DNA from: Geosiphon pyriformis uo1
Lineage: Eukaryota > Fungi > Glomeromycota
Assembly: GCA_016748015.1 (NCBI GenBank)
Contig: JAAOMT010000211.1
Span: forward strand, 178,248-242,247
Direction: 5' to 3'
Length of the DNA stretch: 64,000 nt
The position numbers were made by a program, and so were the translations under genes. Positions within the stretch are counted from its first letter, which is position 1. The number at the start of each line of letters is the position of its first letter. Below the pieces are notes generated by a model. The model saw only the letters and a list, made by a program, of their open reading frames with translations, searched no databases and was not told where the DNA came from. This document shows positions 37,787 through 52,714 of the stretch, piece after piece.

Positions 37787-40310
37787 TATACAATGGTGTT
37801 TTCTTTTTTTAAACAATAGAGAAAGACTCTGATACAGAGAGACTCTTAACACGTTCTGTCGAAATGAACCAAAGAAATTGTCGTTTTTTATTTGAGTGTA
37901 TGTCTGCGGGTGTCAGCACCTCGAATGATTTCCCTTCTAAAGAAGGTATCAAAAGAATTCTGTATAGGCTACAGTTGATTGGGAAGGAGGGAGAGAGGGG
38001 ATTGAAACTTTTTAAAATAGAATTGGCGATGGGACGCCAAAAAATTTGCATTTTTTCAAATTTAATATATTTTACATCAGTAAATCAATGCATTACATTT
38101 TTTTAAAATTTGTTCATATTACCTAATTTTTAATTGCTTATTTATTTATATTTGTTTGCTTATTTGTGACTGATTTAATTTAGTTATGTATTGTATCAAA
38201 AGAAGTTTTCATGTATTAAAAATTAATTTTAATCTAAGAAAGAAAGAGAAAAATAATCAGAAAATACAAAATCCAATTTTTTATAGATCAAATTCTTTTT
38301 TAACATTTTTAAAATTTAGATCAAATTAAAAAATTTGAAATCCCACACACCATCTTCATCATCATCATCATCATCATCATCGTCGTAATCATTAGCATGA
38401 ACATTTACGAACAAAAATGGAAAATGGAAATTGTCATGCTATAGATCATTAATCTGTCATTTTATGCAGTACCCGCCGAAACTTATTAAAAAAAAGATAA
38501 TTACACATCACGACCAAAAATGACGAAAAACGATGATGATGAGATGATGTTTCTGATAATGATCATTGTCTTCGATTTCAATAAGCGATTCGCGAGATTT
38601 TTTTTAAATGAGCACATAATTTATATGGTCTGGATTTATGTAACCAATTTACCCAGTATGGTGATTATTCAAAATACAAAAAAGTTAAAACCTTGAATTC
38701 GAAGGTTTCTTGATGCTTTAATAAACTAGAGCTTAGGCTAAAATATGATATTCAAAGGATGATTGAATTTTGAAAAGATGTCTCGAAATCAAGATTTGTA
38801 ATTTTTTCTCTTTCTTTTTTTCTCAAAAAAATTATGAACCAACATTCGATAAGTTTTTTTGAAATTCTCAAACTTTGAATTTCAATTTGGGTGAACCTGA
38901 TATTAATCAACATATCAACATATCAAAATATCAACCTAACCCTAAATCTAACCCAAAACTCTGAATCATTTTTTTTTTAAGGTTTCTTTGATTATAAAAT
39001 TCTAGAGGTTAGGCTCAACTTTCCCATAAATTTTGGTGACCATTTATTGTGTTTTTGATATATAAGACAAATTCCCAGGTACTGATGGATTTGATTTTTA
39101 TTTATGAAGATCCCGGAATTTTCATTTTCAGGTTTTCTTATATGATAAGTTTATCATTTCCGTAACACTACATAATATTTATAAGCACTAAGAAATTTCC
39201 AAATTGCTTTAATTTATGGTCATTTTGATCATTGATCTTCTAACAATATGACGTATTTAAAAAACGTTTTCGAAAATTAATATTTGATATATTTATAGTT
39301 TCGAAAGATACCAAATAATAATAACAGATAATGATGTGGGGTTATTGAATAATTGATCGGTAAATAGATTAACAAGTCTCTATTAAAAAAAAAACCCCCC
39401 TCCCCCGCCCCCCTTTTTAGAATACTTTTGCTGCGTGGGAGAAAAAAACATGGAAACTGGGAAAACTTTTAAGTAGAAATTCTAAAAACGAGAGTAGAAA
39501 GTTTTGAAAAAGCTGTTCACAAGTTTCGGAATGAGAGTAAATAAATGGTTTCAATTTTTTTTTAATGAGATGGAAAAATTGAGAGTTCGGGAATGGATCG
39601 ACATTAATTTTTCATCTTTATAAATATTTTGTGAAATGAAATAATATCGGACATGTCAAATTTTGATTTTCCGCAAAATTACTTTGATGTTTTTGAAATA
39701 TTTACTCAAAATTTGTGTGTGAATTTATCTTGTAATTCCGGAAAATACTACAAAACCAAAAACTTGGCAATACCTTTGATCAAACAAACACTAATTCCTA
39801 TAATCTGAACCCTCCTTTCTCACATGCCCTCTATTTCCTTTCCGTATAATTAACTTTAGCTTTTTAGAGATTATATGAAAAATCCCAATAACCAAATATT
39901 TGATCTTTTGATTTTTTGAATTGTGCTCATTTTTGGCTTCGTGAACGTTTTCATTCTGAATATATTTGGTAATATCTTTTGTCATATTGTCTTGGTTTGT
40001 CTTTTTGTTTTTGATTTTGTCTTTTTGTTTTGATTTTGTCTTTTTGTTTTGTTTGCTTGTTTGTTTGCTTGTTTGTTTGTTTGTTTATTTGTTTGCTTGG
40101 TTTCCTTGCTTCCTTGCTTGTTTGGTGATTTATCTTATCTTTAATTGTCCATAAAAAAAGTATGAAAATGTTAATAATGTGTAAAAATGATTATTCTTTA
40201 AAATTCAAGCTAGATTGGAAATTCTTAAATGATTGTAAAAGTGTGTTAAGAAATAATAAAAAAAATTAAAACTATTCAAAATTGATTAAACACGAATTTT
40301 ATTAAAATTA

Positions 40311-40344
<34 letters not shown>
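40311..40344. repeat. (AAT)n microsatellite
   Basis: About 11 units. Confidence 0.9.
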
Positions 40345-40347
<3 letters not shown>

Positions 40348-40374
40348 TTTAATATATATTAAAAAAAATCTTTT

Positions 40375-40640
40375 TTTATTTATTTATTATTTAATAAGTA
40401 AGACTCAATTGTTATCTAATACAATATAACAGAAAAGTATTCTAAATTAGACATGATTTATATATTTATTATGTGTAACCAATCATTCAAACCAGTTAAT
40501 ACTATATGTTTTTATTTTAATAAAAACAGTATCTTTTAAACCAAAAAAGAATAAACAATGTTTTCTAAAACTAAAACACATATAATAGTTTTTTAATATA
40601 TATAAAATTTTTAAACAAGACAATAACTAAACTGTAAACT
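40375..40640 (-). mobile_element. Short LINE 3' end
   Basis: Reverse complement of the 3' module (LINE1-like) plus ORF2 C-terminal remnant. Confidence 0.7.
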
Positions 40641-40704
40641 TTAAAAAAAAAATTATTTATATTTAACCAATTTTTTTTTTATATTTTAATATATTATTTA
40701 TTTA

Positions 40705-42850
40705 TTTATTTTATTAAGTTTAATAAATATGGCCTAATTATTATCTAGTACTTTAAAACAAACTAATAGTTCTAAATTAAGTGTAGTTTATGTGCTTTTT
40801 ATATAACCAGCTATTTAAACCAGTTTAAGCTATGTTATATTGCTACAATAAAAGTAAATTTATCCAAAACAAATATTCTTTGAATTATATTAAATAATCT
40901 AACACTACAAAAAATTAATCTAATTAGTCATTTAACTGTTTTTAAAAAATCAGTTTTAATAATATTGGGCTTATGTATTCAAAAAAATATCAAATTAGAA
41001 AATGTATCATTATTAATACCAACTAGAGGATCTAAATTATCAAACATATTAATATTATTTATACAGCACTTTTTTTTTAATAAAACCACTTCTCTCTCCA
41101 ACTTACCAACAACTTTATTAAAAAAATCTAGATAAACCACAAGTTTATTAATCTTAAAGCTAAAACACTGCTTAAAACTAAATTATTATTAATAAACTAT
41201 TTAAACATAATAACCAGGAAGCCAATAGACTTAACAATTAACTTAACCAATACAAAAAGTTTGGTCAGATTAGATTCCAAAAAAAACAACTAAGACAGCA
41301 TCAAAAGATCACCAATAATAGTTAAAAGAAAAGCAAAAGTTGTCAAAAATGGAAATTTAAAAAAGCTTAAAGAAGTAAAAGCTTTAACATAAAATTTAAA
41401 GCCTATAAAATATAATGTAAACATCTTGAAAGTCTTAAGAAAAGAAGGTAGAAACATTTTATAATCTACAGCCAGATGGTTTATTTCTTAATATCTAAAA
41501 CAGTGCTAATAGCCAAAAAATTTTTATCAGATATAATACTTTTTTAGTGTACTAGTTTTGCTTACAGCAGAATTTAAATTTACTTGAAATTTAAACATAA
41601 TCAGAACAAACTGGAAACAATGACTAGAATCAGAAAAGCAAGGAATAAAGCATGTTTGCTTATCAATTTAAGAAATTATATTATTAATTTCAAAAACAAT
41701 ATAACTAAAAAGAAGATTAACTAACTTGGCTTTAAACTTATTACAAGATATAATAGTCTTATTTTAATTTACTAAAAAGAGAACTTTAATACTATTTTTA
41801 CTCACCAAAACTGACCAATAATTTAAGACAGACACAACAGAATCTAGTTTTTTAAAATAAATAACCATATATTACTAAACACTAGTAAACTTTAACACTA
41901 CATAAGTAATTTTACCAAACACACTAAGAGCTGTCTTAATATTAACAAAAAACACATTTAAAGCATATTATACAGTATAACAGCAACAAAAAAAAACCAA
42001 ACTCAGAAATTACCAAAAACTTGGCAATTTTAAAGTAGCTAAATAAACAAAACTTGCAAGCTTAATCAAAAAAACAGTTTTCAAAGACTTTTAAGAAGCA
42101 AACTCCATACAAAAAAACTTTATATTGTTTTTTGACACTAACTTTGTATTCAAAAAACCATGCACAAACTGAAAAACAATCTTAATATAAACCAATTTAA
42201 TCTTAAAAATAATATTAGATATCAACATAGAAACCACTTACTCAGTAAATCTTTGATGACTAAAAATAGTTTCTTAAGTACTATTAGCAATAATATCAAA
42301 AACCATCAAAGAGAATAATTTAGTTTTTATTTGGTCAGCTCAGTTTTTAAAGATAGGTAACTTCATAAAAGATAGTTGCTTTGCTTCTAAAATTAGCAAT
42401 AATCTGCTAAAAAACACCATATTTGGCAATATAGCTAATGATTAATCTTGTGTTATCTTAGATAATATGCTAGATAATATAACAGAAATTTTATTTAAGA
42501 TCTTATTAAGAATTACAAAAGAGTTCAGTATAACAATAGCAGAAACAAGTGACTGCTCCCACTTTTTTGAATTTTTGGTCTTTTTAACCATATTTTTTGA
42601 AGAAATAGTACTAGCAGTATTAGATATAAAAGCTATAAAAGAAAAAACCAGTTTGTTGACTAGTCTGTTATTAAAACTTTTGGGCTTTTAAATGAAATAA
42701 AGACAATACTAGAACTAACTCAAATGTGTCTCTTTAAAGAAATTTTAACTGATAAAAAACCAGTTAAAGATAAGAAAGATGTTTCAATAACTATAAAAAG
42801 CAGCTTTTTATGATTATTAAGTAAAAAAATACTTTTAAACGTTTTGTCTA
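40705..42850 (-). mobile_element. ORF1-only non-autonomous LINE derivative, copy 2
   Basis: Colinear with 11240-12950; extra segment ~42306-42772; 3' module at 40710-40840. Confidence 0.82.
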
Positions 42851-42966
42851 TATTTTATTGAATGCTTTACTAGCTTTCTTTTCTCTTTTGAAAAATATAA
42901 TAAGTGTTTCTATTAAAAAATTATTTGCTTTGAATATTGGCTTGAATAAAATGGTTGAGAAGTTGT

Positions 42967-44716
42967 TATTATAAGTGATTATTTGGAGTATTAAAACAAA
43001 TAACAAATCTGTAATTTGGTGCTCAATAGTTGGAAATCTTGATAATTTCTAAAAATTTTGGTTAAGTTATTTGTATAATAAACAAAGATTTAATTGATAG
43101 TTTCTTTTGTGAATTTTTTTTTTTAGTGTGGTGACCAATTTATTTTAACAGTTATGCTCTTCTAATAAGATATTCTTAAGTTTTTTATTCTTGTTTCTAA
43201 GTCTTTTACTAAACTATTCTTAATGTTAATTACTTAATGCTTAATTTTTTTAATTAATTAATAAACAACAAAGAAAACAAAATAAAAAAAAAATAAGAAA
43301 AAAAATAAGAAAAAAAATAAGAAATTAGTATTTTGTTAATAGTCATAATTAAAAGCTATTGGTTTAGTATAATTGAGTATTAAATTTTATCAACATAGAA
43401 TATTGATAATATAATATGAATTAATATTTTTTTAATTAAGTAATAATAATATAAATTTAGATAATAATAAATGTTTTATTAATATAAGTATAATTTCATT
43501 TTAAGTTATAAAAAACTATCTTTTAAAAGAAAGAGTATTGTTATTGTTACTCATAAAATATAGAAAATATATTAGCATATAAATTAGCCAATTATAGATA
43601 GACATAGTAAATGTGGAATTCCAGGATTCCTCTCAGAGAAATTGCAGAATTCCAGAAATTGCAGAATTCCAGAAATTACAGAATTTCAGAAATTGTAGGA
43701 TTCCAGAAATTGCAGGATTCCAGAAATTACAAGATTCTCATAGAAGAAATTGCAGGATTTCTGACATGAAGAATTGAAGAATTGAGGAATTTCAAATATG
43801 TATATATAGCAGTAATATCAGAAGTTAGAAAATTAGTCAATGAAACTCAGAGTTAATTAATTCGCAGAGTCAATTAGACTCATAGAATCAATTAGACTCA
43901 TAAATCATAATTATTAAAATTACAAAAAAAAGAATCTTTAAGTTAGAAACCTTCTATTTACAAATATTAATAAATAATTATTCACTATCTCAATCCACTC
44001 TCCACTATAAACACTTTATGTTAATAGTAATTGATACTTAATCACATTGGAACAATAGCTCTTGATTATGGCTATTAATAGGATACTAACTTGCAATTGT
44101 TTTTGTTTATTTCTTTATCTTCTTTTTATTTTCTTTTATTTTCTTTTGTATTTTTTTTATTTTGACTAACTGATTAAGAATTAAAGCACTAAGTTACAGA
44201 CATTATAGAGACTGATAAAAAACCCATAAAACAAGGGTAAAACACTCATAAATTTAAGGATAGCTTATCAGAAAAATTACTGGTCACTATACTGAGAAAG
44301 AAATTTGACGAAACTGTAGTTTTGGGAAGCTACAGATAAAACCATTAATTAAATCTCTGTTCATTATACAAAGGACTCAACCAAAACCTTCAGATACCAA
44401 AACCTTTAGACAATTATACCTTCAGGAATTAACAACATCACTATATCTATCAAGCACCAAGTTATAGGTTTGTTATTTGATTTGAGACCCCAAATAATCA
44501 TTTGTAACATTGTTCTAAACTGAATTATCTTATAAATATTTTTTCTGCTTTTAATACTTTTATTATATATACATAATTTATGTTATATAAAATTTTTTAA
44601 AATTTTTCAATTTTTTTGAAAGAAATTCTGGAATTTTGTAATTCTTTTTTTACTATGTCTATTTCTAATTGGCTATTTTATCTATTTATTATAATTTCTA
44701 ATTTTTATGAATAATA
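42967..44716 (-). mobile_element. Older solo LTR family A (split by nested LTR)
   Basis: Decayed termini tattataagtga / ttttatgaataata; TSD ttgt/ttat. Confidence 0.8.
43545..44509 (+). mobile_element. Solo LTR family A nested in opposite orientation
   Basis: tgttac...gtaaca; TSD ttat/ttgt; 17-bp gaaattgcaggattcca array at 43618-43760; TATA at ~43801. Confidence 0.9.
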
Positions 44717-47700
44717 TTATCTCAAGAAAAACTTATAATAATTAAAAAGCTGTTTTTAAAAATCAATAATTTTGGAGAGGCTTTAACTTTTTTAAAGTTT
44801 GTTGGAATTATTAAAGTTATATTTACTTTTAAATTAAGCTTGACACAGACTTTTGAAATAGTTAAAGGTGTAAAAATTTTGGTGAATACCAATTTCAAAA
44901 AATCTACTGAATAATCAAATTAGGCTGTAGTAATAAAAAAAATATTAATTAGTATATTAACCAAGACTGTACATATTATGTTTTCTGAATTTGGGTTAAT
45001 TAAGTCAATCAAAATGCAGTTAGTAGAAATATGGCAAAAAGCTATAATGAAATTTGGCCAATCAGATTAGATCAATCTAGTTATAGCAAAATATTCTATC
45101 TTAATTAGAAAAAATACTATACAAGTTGTTAGAGTTAACAAAAACAAAGAATCATGGAATATAAAAAACAGTAATAAAGCATTATTTTATATTTTTCTAA
45201 TAAGAACAAATGCTCACAACATTTAAAATTTTATTAAGTTAATCAGTAGAAAAACATAGATTATTAATTATTATTTAGTTATATATGCCAAGACCAGATA
45301 TATGGTCATTTGTTTTGACTTTGCTAAGTTATTAAATTCTGTTATAAAAATCATATTAGTGTTGAGAAACACCAATTTATACTGATTTTATCTAGGCTTT
45401 ATTAAATATATAAAATATGGAAACTTAGATCATATATTATTAAGTTGTGCTGTAAATAGAAATGTTTCTTTTGGTATACCATTTTGTAAAGTGTTTTTTA
45501 AAGTGAATAAAAACAGACTGGCTGCTATCTATGCTAAACAATTGGTTTTTGTAGCCTGTTTAGTGTTTTTTGACAACATTTTTTGGGCAAAAGTTGTTGG
45601 TGAGTTTTTTTTTTCTTTTTTCAATACAAAATAATTCTTCAAGTCTTGGCTTATCTTTAGAAATAAAGTTTATTTTACTTATTTCAAAATAAATAAATAA
45701 CAGATTTACTGCTCTTAAACACAGTTTTATCAGTCTCACAAAGCAAATTAGTAAACTGATTAAGAAGTTGGACACACTTAAACCAATAATTTTTCAGTTT
45801 AGTTCTGAATGTTAGCTATTGGTAAATTTATTATTATAGAATCAAGAAATAGATATAGTAATGAGTGAAAGTTTAAATGTATTTACTAATGGTAAAACTA
45901 TTACAAAAGCAATGTTTTTGAATCAACCAGTAATTTTTAAGTTAGAAGACAGTTTGCAAAGTTTTTTAAATACAGTTTTAGATCTTTTGACCAGAACAAA
46001 TAATATTGGTTTGAGTTTAATTAATGTCTTCAAGAGTCAGTCTTTAATCAAGTTGTCTACATAGAACAATTCAAAAAAAGCTGTAAAGATTATTGATTAT
46101 CTATTTGTAAATGAGGATTTTTTGTTCTTGTTGGTTAAACAGATGGTTGAAAATGTTTTTGAGTTTTTTAATATGAATTACAAAGCAGTCTTGTTTTTGG
46201 TTGGACTAGATAGTTTACTAGATATATAAATGAGCATTATTTGAAAACTGGCTAATAAAGATTATTGAAAGTTTAAAATTAAAAATGCAAATAATTTTAA
46301 GTGGACTGATTTTAAAAATCACTTGTTATCTTTACTTTTTTTGGCAAAAAATAAGTTTATTAATGTCATTAGTAGTGGCAATTTAAATACAATGTAAGAA
46401 ATTTTATAAAATATAATAATAGATTTGACAGATGAAGTATTCTTTAAACAGTAATACAATAAAGTGAAGTGTTTTTCTAATAAACAATTGTCAAGATTTT
46501 ATAGATTAAAATTGTTGGTTGTCAAGTTTGTTAAAGTCTTAAACATTAAAAACAAATCACAATTGGATTGTTTTTTAAAAACTTGGCTGGTTGTTAATTA
46601 TAATAAAGCTTTGAAAATTTAGAGCTTAATTCAAAAAAATATGAAATCAACTGATGTTTTTTGTTGCTTGTTAAAAATCAAAAAAGAATATTATAAGTCC
46701 AAGCTATATAAATTAAGAGTTGCTAAAATTACAGTTATTAATACTGCAATAAAAAAAATGGGAAATTTCTGTTTAAATAAAGGCCAAATAATTAAAAATA
46801 TACTGAAAAAGCTTTTTTGCAAGATGGTTTTAGACTACTTGGTAATTAAAAAAGAATTAATTTTGGAACTTAATAAGATTAAGATTAAAATAAATAAGAT
46901 AATAGAAGACTAAACCAGAAAACAAAAAATTCCAGAATCTATTTTTAAAATTTGGACAAATTAATATGCTCTATTAGAATATGTATATAATTATGCTTTT
47001 TCAAATATAATAAATATTATTAATTATAAAAGTTGATTCAGATAATTAAGATATTACTAGATAGGAAAGCTGCTAGTTTAAGTAACATATCTAATGAATT
47101 GTAAAAAAATTATAGAAATAATATTCTAAGATGTTTATTGAACATGCTAAATTCTTGTTTGTCTTTAGGTAAGATTCTGATATTGTGGAAACATGCTTAA
47201 ATTTTAATAATACCTAAATCATATAAATAGAAAAAAGTTTTAACAAATACTTAACCTATTGTTTTAATTAAAACAACAAGAAAAATTTTGTCCAAAATTC
47301 TTTTTGATAGAATTTTTATTGTCTGTAACAAATATAAAGTATTTTGTAAGGACAATTTTTTAGTGCTAAAAATATTTTAATACAGACTTCAACTTTGGTC
47401 ATAGGCTCTGTAATTAAAAATGATTTAAAAAAAAATAGAGCATTGTGGCTGATTTTACAGAATATGTGCAAGACATATGATTTGCTTAAATAATATTATT
47501 TGTATAGCAGTTTGACTAGAATTAAGATATATGAATGCTTTATTAAGTTTTTTGAAAATATTTACAATGAAAAAATCAATCAGATTATGATTGATTTTGG
47601 GCTTTTAGATGAATATATAGTTTATAATAAGCTTAATTAAAAGAAAATATTCTTACTTTTGTTATGGAGAATTTTTTATGATTTTTTGCTTTACAAGATT

Positions 47701-49579
47701 AAGAAATATAAAAGTTTCTGTGAATACAAAATAAGCTTAAAATTTTTTACAAAAACTGATAAAGCTGATTTTATAAATAGTAAGACTTTTTTTTTTACAG
47801 CAGATGTTTTTATAAATAATACTATTTGAATTGAGAATTACAAAGCAGTAACACAATGTATTTTGGATATTATAAATAAGTTTTTTTCTATTATTAATAT
47901 TTTAATTAATATAAACAAAACAGTTACTATTTTTATTAACCAGAAAACTAAGAAAGCTGTGTTATATATTAGTGATTCAAGTATTTTAGTAATCAAAAAA
48001 GGCGAGTCTTATAGATATTTAGAGATCTTTTTGTTAACTAATAATCTAGTCAAACCAAACTTAGCTAAAACTTATTCAAATATTAGGTTTTTCTTAAATA
48101 TGATTCTAAAGAAAACTATTATTAAGAAACAGTTTTTGTATTTAGTGTTTGCTGTTTTACAGTTCATTATTGGTTATAGGATACAATTTGATTATGTTTT
48201 AAAAAATGTGTATAAGAAGTAAATACAAAATTAAGAAAAAGACTAAAGCTTAAGACTAATTTGCTTAAAAATTTCTTCAATAAAGCTTTATATTATTCTG
48301 AATTGTATAGTCCCAAAATTTTTAAACAAATGCTGACTAAGAATCTTATTGTTAATCTGATTAATTTTGCCAATACAAATAAAATTCTTGGCAAATTATT
48401 TGAATACAGAGCTATGGATTTACAAATTGCTAACTGAATGCTTTAGCACCCTCTTTAAATTCTGGTTAAGCTGTCAATAAATTCTATAAACTGTTTTTTG
48501 GCTAATACAACATGCATTTTTATCTTTTGCAATCTGTTTTTGAATAGTAATTTATCTAATGTTTTTTAGACTGGAAAAATCATTGTGGTTCTAAATATAC
48601 TGGGCTTGAATAATTATTTAAACATGATAGAATTTTTTAAGAAGTTTGATATTATTTTTATGAAATAGCTCCTAGATTATAGTGACATGTGTTTTATGTG
48701 GAATACTTTTTATAGATAAAAAAAGCTGAATTCAAGAGGTTTAATTCCTGATTGGTTTAATTTGCTGATTAAATTTATTAGGAATGGTAATTTGTTGAAT
48801 AGTAGTATACTGGTTTTTTATTTTATTTCTACAGAACTTCTTTGTAATTTTGGGTTTTTTATAAATGTTTGTTAAATTTTGGGTCAAATAATGTATGTAT
48901 TTATATAGATAATCTTGTTAAGAGTCTGGGTTTAATAAGTACTTGTAGTGATACTGCTGCTTATTTTTTAAACATCAATGTAAGCATTAGTGTTAGAGTA
49001 AATAGTTTGTTGTTTTTAACTTTAGTAGAATTGCAAATTATTATTTTTGCTTTGGATTGTGTACTTGCTTCTAGCTTTGTTACTTTGTTTATAAATAGCC
49101 AGGTATTATTAAATATATGCTATTCTAACAAGAATATGTTTGGTTCTAATTTTTACAACAAATATTGAATTAAAAAGAAACATATTTGCCAAGTCATTTT
49201 AAAAAAAAGTTTGTCAGTTACTTGAAAAAAAATTAAAAGTCATTCTAATATTGCTGAAAATAAGCATACTGATTTTTATGTTAATAATGCTATAACTTTT
49301 AATATCATTCTGCTCCTTCAGATATTGTGCTGTTTTTTTAATATTGAAAGCTAATCTGTCTTTAAAAATGTTCATTATTTTATTAAGAATTTATATAATA
49401 CAGTCAATTTTGTTGGTTAAGAAGTCAGATATGCTAATTTTGTCATAAATGCAAGCAGTGAGATTAGCTTTGACATGATTAGAATTTTTAGCATTTGGTA
49501 TTCTAATAGCAAAATTCATTTTGACTATATTAGTTTATTATTAGCAGTATTTTGGTCTTATTTTATAAAAACACTGTAC

Positions 49580-50385
49580 TGTTGCAAAAATTGCTTGTCT
49601 AAAAACTCATTAAATTATATAGTTACTTTGTTGTAAAAGTCAATTTTTTTACAGAAATCTTGTCTGTAAACTATAATAAAAAAAGTAAAAAAAAAGTAAA
49701 AAAAAGTAAAAAAAATAAAATTTTGTTAAGGGAATTATTTTCTGGTCCAGGTCTGAAGTTGCTAATAGTTTACTAAAATTAGTAGCTAATTAATTTCAAA
49801 ACATTAATTGGGTTTTGGAAAATTTCAAGTATAATTATTTTAAAAATTGGTTTTCAAAGTATATTTTTATTTTGAATTTATATTATAAAATAATTCTAAA
49901 AAAGTTAAAATAAGATGTATTTTTTTAAAAAAAAAAGCTCTTCTTTTATACAACTTGTTATAATACTAGTCTATGAACTTAAACTTTTCTTTTTGCTATG
50001 ATTTTAATAAACTAAAAATATATTTTAATAAATTATAAGTTATTTTATTAAACTATTAACTAATTCAGTAAACTATCTATTATTTTGGCAAATTTTTGCA
50101 AATTTTGGTAAATTCTTGAATATTACATAGTTTGAAGTATTATGTCATTTAATTATTCTAATTTTTATTGTATAAATTAGATTATTAATTAAATAATAAT
50201 CTTTGATAATTTGATTAAGTAATAAGTAATAATTAAAATAATATTAATATATACTAATTAATAATAGAAATTATAATAATAATTTTATGTTAATTAATAA
50301 CTAAAATTTCATTAATAACAATATATATGATAATAATACCAAAAATAAATTATTATCAAATACTATCTTAAAATAGAATAAATTA
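49580..50385 (-). mobile_element. Partial LTR family B in LINE3 ORF2
   Basis: Reverse complement of ~59900-60665; LINE Zn-finger region deleted at the junction. Confidence 0.8.
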
Positions 50386-51164
50386 CTAAATATGTTTACT
50401 AAAGAAAATATAATTGTTCAGTTTTTGTATAAGACCAAGATATTTGCTAATTTGTATATATTACTAACCAAAAGCTTTGTGTTAAAAAGTTGGATAACTA
50501 ATACAATAAGCTATTTGGATGCTGAATTTAATGGTAGTATAGTAATTATTAAGCTAATTTATGGTCTTGTTAAAAATTATAGATCTGCTATTTGGCTGTC
50601 AATTACTAAGTTGAAATCTTATTATAAAAAGCATAATTTTTAACTACATAATAGATTCAACATTTTTTTGATTTCTGGTTTGTCATCCTTGTAGTTTCCT
50701 AAGTTGATTTGTAGTTTTGGTGTTAAATTAAGTATTTATATTTGTTTTGGGTTATACTCTTATTTACTCTGATTGAATTTTGTTTTTTTGAATAATATTT
50801 CTTTGATAAGTAATTTAAATATATAGTGCCATCTTAATTGGTCTGAATAACTGGTTATATATAGAAAAAACATGACTCATGCTTAATTTAAAGTTTTGTT
50901 TAATTTTATATTCTTAAGTAGTAATTAGATTATATTCATAAAACTATAATAATAATAAAAAATAATATATAAAATTACCAAATAATTAAAAATAATAAAA
51001 ACAATATAAAATAACATAAAATAATAAATTATAATTAATAATAATAAAATAATATAAAATAATATAAAAATATGACTTTCTTAAAAATTATTTTATAAAA
51101 TTAAAAATATATACATATATAATTTTAATTTAAAAAAAAAATATATTAATTGTTTAATTTTAGA

Positions 51165-51460
51165 GTTTGGCTCCAGTTTCGGTTTTTGGACTGTTTTTGA
51201 TGCTTTTTGCTGGTGTGGTTAAATTGCTGAGTATTGTTAAAACATTTGGTGTTGATTTTGGTTTTTATAAGTCTTATTTATTTTTTTTAGATATTGAAGA
51301 TCTAGTCTTGATTTATGTAAGTGCTTAGTGTTGTCTTAATTGGCTTAAATGATTGGTTACATATAAAAAATACATAATTTACATTTAGTTTAGATCAATT
51401 TTTGATGTATGGTACTAAGCAGTATTTAGACATTACTGGTTAAATATATATAAAAAAAAA
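51165..51460 (+). mobile_element. 5'-truncated LINE 3' end (LINE2-like)
   Basis: FAGVVKLLSIVKTFGVDFGF ~ LINE2 C-terminus; 3' module; A tail. Confidence 0.85.
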
Positions 51461-52714
51461 ATTTTAAAATTAAAAATTAAAATTTAATTAAAGTAAATAT
51501 ATTTGTTTTTATATTTATTTATTTTAATTTTAAATAAAATATCTTTATTAAAATTAATAAATTATTGTGATTTTATAATTTGACTATTGTAAAAAAGTAA
51601 TTTATTTATTATAATAAAGTAATCTAACAATATAATAATTTAATAAAAACTAAGTATATTATAAAATTAATTTTATTAAAGATTATTAATTTTTTATAAA
51701 AGCTAAAAAACAGTATTAAATATTATCAAAAATAATTTAGTAGTTTAAATATAATTGTAAATAACTAATAACAATTCAATTAAATAATTATTATTAAAAA
51801 TTTTGATTTTTTGTATTTTTATAAAAAAACTTTTTATAATTAATAATATTAAAAATATAATATTATTTTATTTAACTATAATTTTAAAAATTAAGCATAT
51901 TTAATTTTAATTTAACAATATAAACATATGAAAATATTTAATTATTTAATATAATAATTACATAATTTATAATAAATATATTTAAAACTTAGTTATAATA
52001 AAAACAATAAATTATGTATTTTTAATATTAATAATTAAAAGTTTTTTATTAAATATGATTTTTTTAAAGTATTAATTTTAATAATAATAATATTTAAATT
52101 TTTTGATTAAAAAAATAATTTTAATATTATTTTATTTTATAAACACTAATTTGTAAACCAAAATAATATTTAAAATTATATAATATTTAAAATTTACAAT
52201 ATATATTGTCATTAATAAATAAATTTTAATTTAATATTATTTATAATTATTTTTTAAAAAATATTATGTAAAATTACAACAACAAAAAAAAATCAAAATT
52301 AAATATTACAAAAAATTTTGCAATCTTAAAAATAATGATAAAAAATAATTAATAAGCTTAATTTAAATAGTAATATTTAGATTTTTTTTGAAAACTTAAT
52401 ATTGTTTTTAATAATTAATTTTAAATTGAAAAAATTTTATAAAAACTGAAATACAATTTTAATAATTTTATAAATATCTAAACTAAGTAGTAAAAATTAA
52501 ATATAAAAATATAATTTGTTTTTTTAAAACTAGTAAGTATTAATTAAAATTTAATATATTAAATAATTTAGTTTATGTATTAATTAATCAATTTTGGTAA
52601 ATATATTGTTGTTATTATTGTTTAAAAAAAAACAATTATTTACAAATAAATTAAAATAAAATATTATAATTAATATAATTATAATAGAATTAGTAAAACA
52701 TAAAAATAATATTT

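Larger units (their letters stand above)
42860..50960 (+). mobile_element. LINE retrotransposon 3, heavily decayed, with LTR insertions
   Basis: ORF1 rejoins in frame across 42967-44720 (EKL/SQEKL); endonuclease N-terminus deleted near 46040; RT/RNase H remnants (KKGESYRYLEIFL, IYIDN, VELQII); stop at 50824-6; 3' module. Confidence 0.88.

Noticed and set aside
37809-38106. Short ORFs on both strands downstream of the F-box gene
   Set aside because: No motifs or splice support; probably UTR/intergenic
39395-39413. C-rich tract as G-quadruplex
   Set aside because: Only three G runs and no other support
43618-43760. CRISPR-like array
   Set aside because: Head-to-tail repeats without unique spacers, inside an LTR U3 in a eukaryote
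51460-52710. Organellar DNA or a distinct element in >90% AT stretches (weak similarity 52055-52105 to 13145-13200)
   Set aside because: No gene or terminal signature; the similarity is not distinguishable from composition; probably end-stage decayed repeats
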